A stretch of 57,482 bases of DNA, counting the filler, from Diploschistes diacapsis (lineage: Eukaryota): the NCBI GenBank assembly GCA_023645945.1. It is 4 parts of 4 records of this genome, joined end to end, with 100 filler letters (N's around TTAATTAATTAA, not from the genome) between each part and the next. Parts side by side here need not be neighbours in the genome. Positions count along the whole stretch, not along the records: positions 43,220 to 57,482 come from JALAIB010000613.1; 3 more parts are not named here. One strand, written 5' to 3'. The notes under the pieces are model-generated. The model saw only the letters and a program-made list of their open reading frames with translations. It was not told the origin of the DNA and made no database searches. This document shows, one piece after another, positions 49,573 through 57,482 of this stretch. The translations under genes were made by a program, and so were the position numbers. Position 1 is the stretch's first letter, and each line of letters opens with the position of its first letter.

Positions 49573-50008
49573 ATTCAGAACTGAAATCAGAGTATGCCCG
49601 CAACTACTGCTCTGAGCGGCATTTGGCTCAAGAACTTTTTTTTGAACGATGTACAGGGATATGTAATATGTATGACTAAGCTCAATTAGAGTGAATGGAA
49701 CTAACTTATGGGGCACTATTCTCTACATTGGATGCCTTCATAAAGTGAACGCTAAGTTATTGATGGATCTTGTCGGCAATGCGTTGTAGGTTCAGGTATC
49801 TGGCAAATCTTTTTCACATATCGCGGGCTTGAATAAGCACTGAAAGAGACTCTTGTCCACATTGCTTATGATGCTAACAAGAATTTTATCAAAGCTTTTT
49901 CATGGATTCGCTAGGTAGCCTCTGTATCCCTTGTTGACACCAGCAATGCCGCATAGATTCGAGTATCTCAAGTGTTGTCATTCTATAACGTGAACTCTGC
50001 TATAAGCA

Positions 50009-51689
50009 TCAAAGCATTACGACGCCAACTCCTCCACGCTTCGACTCGTCGGGGTTATTGCCCTTATCTAAGCCACCTGGTAGCGGAGCAGCTCGATAGT
50101 TGTACAAGTAAAAATGCAGATATCCATCACCAGCACCAAATTTCAGTTGCTTAAGGAAGAGTGGGTTGTCAAGTAATGACAAAACGTTGAAGACGTCAAA
50201 GTTGTGCTACCATTGTTAGTGATTGTTAAACTTGACCGGGTCGCACATACCTTTTTAGCGACCACAAGCACATCTAGCATGAGCTTGTTCAAGCGTTCTT
50301 GAAAACCCTTTTCGCCTTCTGCAAAAGCACTTTCTGTAGCGTAGTAGAAGAGGTAGGCGGCCCTGACCGTGTCGTGCTTCTTGTTATCAATCACACTAGA
50401 CTCGAGGCGATAGAAAGTCGCAAAGTCGGTGATATTGTGGCTGTGCGGATCTTCCACAACATACCCAAACACCGTTCGCTCGGACGGGTCCTTCGATTCG
50501 TCGAAAAGCCAATGGTCCACATCTTTTTGAGAATACTCTGGAGCCATTAAAAACCGCTTCAAATACCGGACCAATAGATCGTGCACGGCAGGAAGATCCT
50601 TCTTCTCCATCTGGCGAAAACCAGGCACACTTGTATTGGCTGGTATGTAATTTCGAGTCATCTGGCGAGATTTTGTGGAATTTGGTGGGAGAGCGGCAAA
50701 TCCACATTCGTAAAGCTTCATCCAGTCGAGAGATCGATGGAAGTAGCGGCACGAGCTGACTGGCTTTGGCAGTATCACGCCGCCTGTATATATGGCCTGA
50801 AATACACCCACCTGATAGCATCGCCGAGTGATCTCTTCAATCAGGATAGGCGCAAGGCGTTTGGAGCGCAGCTTCTTGTGGATGCAAAGAAAGTTGACCT
50901 CAGACGAATTGAGGAGCTTACCTCGTATTCTTAATTGTACAGGAATGGCGGATATGAATGCAACCAGTTTTCCGGATTTGGCTGCTCTGACACCCACATG
51001 CCATTCCTTGCGCCAGCCTGGAGCTTTGAGTGCCCAATTGAAGAAAGAAAGAGAGTAGTTGAGCCTGAATTGAGCTCCTTGATCTTCCACATAATGGCCA
51101 TTGAGAAGCTCATGCATCTCAGAAAGCTCACCTTCGTCTGTGAGATCCATTGTCACCCACTCGAATCCTTCGATCAAGGCCCTTGGCTCTTTTGGCACTT
51201 TGGCGGGCTCTATCTTCTTGATCTCACCGTCCTCAAAAGTGTCCGGCTTTTCATCAAATCTTGGCACTGGTTGTGTCTGCCAGAATTTATATGAAGACAT
51301 ATCTTTCTGGTTCTTGCCGTTGATGGTCTAGCCATTCATGAGCATAGCACTTTCTTGGATAAACTAGGACCGGGCCGTACCATGCCTGTAAGTAATTGAG
51401 AAACATCCAGCTTCTTTAGTGCATCCACAGCCTTTTCGGAGCTTCCAGCCAGTTCGTTTTTGAGTGCGGGATTCATCTCTAGCACTTCTTCAGCCATACC
51501 GCTAGTCAAGACAGTCTTCATTTTCGACTTTTTGGATTTCTTTTTTGTTTTAGAAGCGGCAGCAGCAGCTTCATTCTCTTCTGATACCTGTCCATCTTGT
51601 TCTTCTTTACCATCTTGAACCTCGGCTACGGCCTCTTTAGCCGCCTCTTCGCTGATGCGTGAATCCACTTCCTTGGATGCCGAATTCAT
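50009..51689 (-). CDS. NMT1: Glycylpeptide N-tetradecanoyltransferase (N-myristoyltransferase), 3 exons
   Basis: YKFWQTQPVP, GHYVED, EVNFLCIHKKLRSKRLAP, FDVFN, KFGAGDG.LHFYLYNY, ending GVGVVML*. Includes a 44-bp intron at 50250-50207. Confidence 0.97.
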
Positions 51690-52042
51690 TGTGAAACATA
51701 TAAATAAAGTAAACAAGAACTACGGATGGTTTGATGCCTACACAGTGGAACGCCAAAGAGTCCGTCTATAGACGTGGTATGCCGCACTGTGATCGGCGGA
51801 AAACCCGGGGTAGCTTAATAATTTCCCAAAAACTCGATATAACAATACGGTGAACCTACTCGATTGAACCGAGTTTTTGTTTTATTATGTGACAATTTTA
51901 TCCCACCTGTCAAAACATTGAACCCTGCAAAATCCAACGTCATTTGTAGCTGAAGCTTCTGTACTACCATGTGCTTTCAGATGCTAACCGGAGCATAACT
52001 GGCGAGATTCTCTTTAACTTTATTGTATTGTGGTTGCCAATA

Positions 52043-54258
52043 ATGGCGAGTCTGTTGCCTTTTCGAGATATCAATGTCCACGCATCGCCATCACACTATG
52101 CATTTGCGTCACCCTCGAACCCTTCGCACCCTACGCTTGTGGTAGAAAGGCCAAGTGGAGACATCCGACTGCACGATGGGCCCCTCTTGGGGACTCAGAG
52201 GGTCTCCAGCATTGCTGGGATGCTTGGAATGATTCAATTGAAGCTTGATAAATATATTATTGTCATTACCAAGGCGCAACCGATGGGCCGTTTGAAAGGA
52301 CACATGGTCTACAAGGTTATCGCGACAGAGTTCCTGCCGTTGCGGGAGCGTTCCCTGCACGACCCCGACGAAGATGCCTACTATAACATGCTAAAGACAC
52401 TACTCAAGACTGGCCCCATGTACTTCTCCTATTCCCTTGACATCACCAATAGTTTCCAGCGGCAGGCAAGCTCAGACCTATCAGCGCCTATGTGGAAAAG
52501 AGCGGACGATCGTTTTTTCTGGAATCGCTTCATCCAGTCGGACTTTATCGACTTTAGGCAGGGCCAGAGCCCGTCAATCAGGTTGCAGGGGCAGCAACAG
52601 CCTGCGCTAGATGCTTACATATTACCCGTGGTGTTCGGTATGATGCGAATAAGCCAGGCTCGCGTCAAGTCAACATCCTTCACATTGACATTGATTACTA
52701 GAAGATCAAGGCATAGGGCAGGCACAAGATATTTCTCTAGAGGCATCGACGAATACGGCCATGTCTCTAATTACAATGAGTCGGAACAAATAGTAATACT
52801 CAACGATAATAATGAAGGTCTGGGAGGGTTTGCAGGTGGAGCAGGCATGCAGAATGGCAGACCCGTGAGGGATGGGCGAGAGGTGCAGATCGTATCCTAC
52901 GTACAAACAAGAGGGAGTGTCCCAGTTTACTGGGCCGAAGTCAATACTTTGAAATACACTCCAAAATTACAGATTAGAGGTGTTGATGCTGCCGTTCGGG
53001 CTGCTCAGCTGCATTTCGAGGAGCAGATCGATCTGTATGGCGAAAACTACTTGGTCAATTTAGTTAACCAGAAAGGACGGGAAGTGAAGGTCAAAGAAGC
53101 TTACGAGCAAATGGTTGAGACATTGGTATCAACACCCTCGGAAGCGCAACAAGGCGATGGGCGCAGCTCGGAAAAGCTGCACATCATCGAGCCTGGCAAG
53201 AAAAGGTCGATCTTCGACAAATTACACTACATCTACTTTGATTTTCACAACGAAACCAAAGGTTTGAGGTGGCACAGGGCTTTGTTGCTTCTGGATCAGC
53301 TTAAGAACGGATTGATTCAAGGGGGATACTTCCGCGCTGTTGACATGCCAGGCGATGTCCAAGGGCAACTTGAGGTCCGTTATCGGCAATCAGCTGTCGT
53401 GAGGACAAATTGCATGGACTGTTTAGGTGATGATCTGCCACAATTAACAATCCCCCGACAAGTGCTAATCTGTCATATTTACAGATCGCACAAATGTGGT
53501 TCAAACAATGTTAGCCCGATGGACGCTTCAGAGACAGCTAACAGACTTGGGCATCCTCCAAACGGGCGAGAGTCAAGACGATGATCCTACCTTTGCGCAT
53601 TTGTTCCGTAACCTCTGGGCGGACAACGCTGACGTTGTCTCAAAGTCGTATTCGGGTACTGGTGCTCTGAAGACTGACTTCACTCGCACTGGCGAGCGGA
53701 CCAGAGCAGGTGCTATACAAGACTTTAATAACAGTGTCACGCGTTACGTTAGGAACAACTTTCTTGATGGTCCTCGGCAAGATGGGTTCGACGTCTTCCT
53801 CGGTGTGTATAGGCCCAGTCCTTATGTCGGGGGCGCGCTGCTCTTTGCGGATAAGCGGCCGTTGCTAGTACAAGCCATACCGTACATGTTAACTGCTAGC
53901 TTTTTCATGATCACTATCGCGTTGCTATCACGGCAACTCCCTTCTGCAACGATATGGCCCATGAGGCTCTTCACCCTGTTCTGGTTTATCATGGCTCTCT
54001 ATTGCTGGAGGTTTATATATCAACATGGGATGCTTTACGTGAGTACTATGCGCCCACATTCACTTCACGGGCACTAATTGAAGCTAGGTAAACTGGCCAA
54101 AGCTCAACACGCCACGCTTTGCCATTGAAGGGTATCAAGAATCGCTAAGTAAAGCTCAGCGGGATCCGCTTGTTGGCGGCCTAGTCAGCCGTCATGAGCG
54201 TGGAGCGAGCACAGCGCGATTAACCCACCTCGAGGAAGGAAAGAAGCGCATTCAGTAA
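52043..54258 (+). CDS. SAC1: Sac1 phosphoinositide phosphatase, 3 exons
   Basis: RAGTRYFSRG, RGSVPVYW, spliced catalytic RTNCMDCL|DRTNVVQ (CX5RT), YSGTGALKTDFTR, two C-terminal TMs and end EEGKKRIQ*. Confidence 0.96.
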
Positions 54259-54645
54259 AGGTTCTTATGAGGATTTTTTGGTGTTTTGATGACGGTTATA
54301 CGTCAGTTGCGCGTTCAATGGCAAGGCGTTCACGGCAGCATGTCTCGGTAGAAGTGTTCAAATAGTAACTACAATCACGCGTATGCTCGAGATCGTCATG
54401 GCCAAACTAAAGCTGTAAGAATCTAAACATTCATCAGCGCATCCTGACGAAGCGCCATGACCCAGTAACACAGTATCACTGGTAGTACTTGCATCGTCTG
54501 AGTTAATTTTGCAGAGTTACAAACCACGAATAGATCCTTAAAACTGTACGCAAGGCCGTTGGGGAGTAAGCGTTCCGTTGTGCACCGCCACATCTTTCTT
54601 TCCATCTCATCATTCACGGTTTTAAAAGACACGATGTAGCGTATT

Positions 54646-56613
54646 ATGGGTCAAACACAATCAACAAAAGTTGCTCGTGACATTAGTCCTGGTATGCTCT
54701 TTGGGAGACCGCAGCCATATAAGGATGGATGTGCTCGGTACTAAAATGAATCCGCAGAGAATCTGAGCCATGAGCTTGCCCAGAAATTCGCTGAGAAATG
54801 CTTCGCGCCTCTCGAATTAACCCACTTCAAGGAGAATTTTCGGACTTTAGCAGATACCCGAGACGGAATTCAGTATTGGAGAGAGGAGACATTATGTCGG
54901 TTCCTCTCCATTCCAGATGTCCTTGGAGCGGGACCGGTCATCCACCGCATGGCGACTTATCTAGGAGCCTTCCCCTTCCCGAGCCTGGCACCGACGATTC
55001 TGACGCGGGAGGCAATGGTGAAGTCAGTAGTCTTGATGACCGAAAGGTATGGGAAGATCTTAAAGCGCGGGCTGAGAGATAGGAATAAACTCCTATTTCG
55101 GTCATTAGGTAGGAGGCTTGCTGCTTCTAGTGCGAGGTCGCCAGGCTGACGCTACGAAGCGGTCTTCGATCGCCAGATGGGTCCGGGATATGAGAAGAAT
55201 GCATCTCTGAGCCAAACATTAACTTCCGAAAAGGAGGCTCCAGATCGTGCTGAGTTCGTGCCGCCAGTGCGACAGCACGCTCCCGGGTTCGCGGTTGACG
55301 CACCTGGCATAGACGACGAAGATGAAGACGACGATGAACTCGCTCTCGCAGCCTTAGATAGCCTCGATGTTATTGACATCTACAAGGTGGACCGGGGTTC
55401 AGAATTTAAAACGCAGCAGGCCCAGATCCCGGTGGATAATTGGCGGCAATTGCTGCTTTTACTCCTAGTTGTCGCCCCTCTCGGCGCTCAAGAAGAGCTG
55501 TCCACGCTTGCGGAACGCGTAACAAAACCCAGACTGGAGAGCCTAAGAAGGGTAGCCAACAACATCCTCTGGGCCTTCGCTCCCGAGCACAACCCCGGCG
55601 TCGACTACCGCTCCTTCATCACGATCATTGATACCTCGCTACCGTACCTCTTCGAAGGACTTAGCCCTCTCTTCGAGCATTTTCTCTTCAGCAAGAACAT
55701 CAACCTGAACCGGCACAGATCTACCTCCTTCATGGGCGAGCTCTCAACCCCACAACTCAACACTCCGGCTCCCATCGAACCTCTCCTTCAATCCGAATCC
55801 GAAGTTCTCACTCTTGAGCTTCTCAGCCAGCTCTCCTTCTTCCTAAAACCAACCGACCTCTTCCGCCGCGTGCGTCTCCTCTACTCCGGCGCCGAGGCAG
55901 GGTTCAGCATAAATTCCGTCTCCCAAAAAGTCATCAACTGGCAAGCTCCCTCTATCCTCCTCATATCCGGCACACGCCTGCCGCGCGACCTATCGTCGCG
56001 GCAACAGGCCTTTTGCAACACCCTTCCGCCTAAGAAGTTGCCCCCAGGAACGAAGGGAGACAACGCCGACAACCGCGTCGTCTTTGGCGCCTATCTGCAC
56101 GTCCCATGGAAGCAGACCCACAAAGAAGCCATCGGCGACCCGCAAACCATCCTCTTCCAGCTCGAACCCGTGCACGAAGTCTTCCGCGCCTCTACCCTGA
56201 ACAGGGATTACGTGACCTTTTCCAAGGCGGGCGTTGGCATTGGCGTGCCGCCGCCCAAGAAAACCGTCACCAGCCTCAATTCCCATACCGCCCTTGGGCC
56301 TGTATCACTGTTCCTTGATGAGAACCTCGAGTTTGGAGTCTTCACGCACGAGGTTTCTGGCGGAGGGGCGTTCGGGACGAGCAGGACGCGGAAGGCGGAC
56401 TGGCAGGATAGGTTCGAGATCGACGCTGTGGAGATCTGGGGGTGTGGTGGGGATGAGGAGGCGGAGAGGCAGCGCGAGGCGTGGAAGTGGGAGGAACGGG
56501 AGGCGGCGGCTAGGAGGGGGGTGAATCTTGGGAGGGATAGGGAGGCGGATTATGCGCTTTTGGAGATGGCGGGCCTGGTCAACCAGGGACATTCTGGAGG
56601 GAGCATGGGTTGA
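54646..56613 (+). CDS. RTC5: TLDc-domain protein Rtc5, 3 exons
   Basis: MGQTQS..|..[75 protein letters not shown] and [17 protein letters not shown]. Confidence 0.9.
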
Positions 56614-57319
56614 GAGAGTTAGATGATGGGTTGAGAGAGGCCTTCAGACTCTGGTGCTGCAGCTTTTGGCTGGAGGGGGTTTCTGGTAGGCTTCTTGTTC
56701 TAATTTCGATCTCTATACTCACCGCTCGGATTGGTAGTCTGCATATGGTGCAATATATACAATCAGTCTCTGCGTACGTACGTTCCCTTGGGGAAGGGTC
56801 GGACTTCACCCACCTTACCACATAATGTCGTGACGCCTTCGAAGCGCTCCATAGCTCTCTGAAGTGATACTACCTCACTCAATGCAGGAGGCACGGCACT
56901 CTTTCCTACCCAGGTATCGTATACTTAACAATTTTCACTAGAGACAGCCTCCATGTTATTCATGCTTTGCTTCACTGAAACTGTCACAGGATCGTTATGC
57001 TCCTGCATTTTTCAATAGAATACCGTATATTTGAGCTAACAATGAAAGACTATTGGTTGCAGCGGAACGGTTGCTGCTGAGCTTGCGGATACCGATCGCT
57101 GGCGTGAAGCTGTAATCAAGAACTTGAAACTAAGCCGAGCATCCAGAGAAGCTAACTTCCGCAGGGTGAAGGTCAAACTGAACTCATAACACTAGAGCTG
57201 CAAGGTGGTTACTACAAACAAACCAACAGAGCCCGATATAATGATACTCTCCAATATAATGATGCTCCGTCCGCACTACCCCATGGAGGTGTGTTGTCCG
57301 TTTATACTTCACTCATGCT

Positions 57320-57482
57320 ATGGAGTCTGGCCAAAAGCATCTCAGTCCTACCACCGAAGAGAAGCAGCATCAGCAGCCGCCCCGAACTACAGTAATCGAT
57401 GATCCGGGACCTATCCATTGGCGCTACTTAACTTTCGAGACAAAATTGCCTATTCCTGTACGCGCTCCGGCATATCTAGATC
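57320..57482 (+). CDS. 5' fragment of a probable MFS (DHA1) transporter, truncated by the window end
   Basis: MESGQKH..IHWRYLTFETKLP resembles the YLTFETxLP N-terminal motif of fungal DHA1 transporters. The frame stays open to the end. Confidence 0.5.
   Translation, partial: MESGQKHLSPTTEEKQHQQPPRTTVIDDPGPIHWRYLTFETKLPIPVRAPAYLD

Overview
This is fungal (Pezizomycotina-type ascomycete) nuclear DNA with spliced genes. It is not one locus: four separate contigs (1-14320, 14421-28738, 28839-43119, 43220-57482; lengths 14320, 14318, 14281 and 14263 bp, in descending order) are joined by identical artificial 100-bp N44-TTAATTAATTAA-N44 linkers, so adjacency across linkers means nothing. Contig 1 is a compact secondary-metabolite tailoring cluster with no backbone synthase or regulator, bounded by AT-rich ends. 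It encodes an af380/Bref-TH-type thiohydrolase/acyltransferase, a Nor-1-like SDR, a secreted BBE-like FAD oxidoreductase, an MFS exporter, a P450, an FSH1/LovG-type esterase and an NmrA-like reductase. Contig 2 carries HapC/NF-YB, prefoldin 2, a Cmc2-like protein, Utp23, tRNA-Asn(GTT), a decayed patatin-NB-ARC fungal NLR next to the tRNA, and a truncated gene that may have an ERCC4 fold. Contig 3 carries an RBM5/10-like splicing factor, a DUF3433 membrane protein, a SulP/STAS transporter and a CBM18-fused AA5 copper radical oxidase. Contig 4 carries a possible retroelement relic, an FBXO31-like F-box protein, mitochondrial EF-G, NMT1, SAC1, RTC5 and the start of an MFS transporter. Exon structures were read by hand and family calls rest on recognised motifs, not database searches. 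The most interesting items are the orphan cluster with two chain-release enzymes, the decayed patatin-NLR island, a possible alternative HapC isoform inside a long intron, and a recurrent C-rich to G-rich switch near gene 3' ends.
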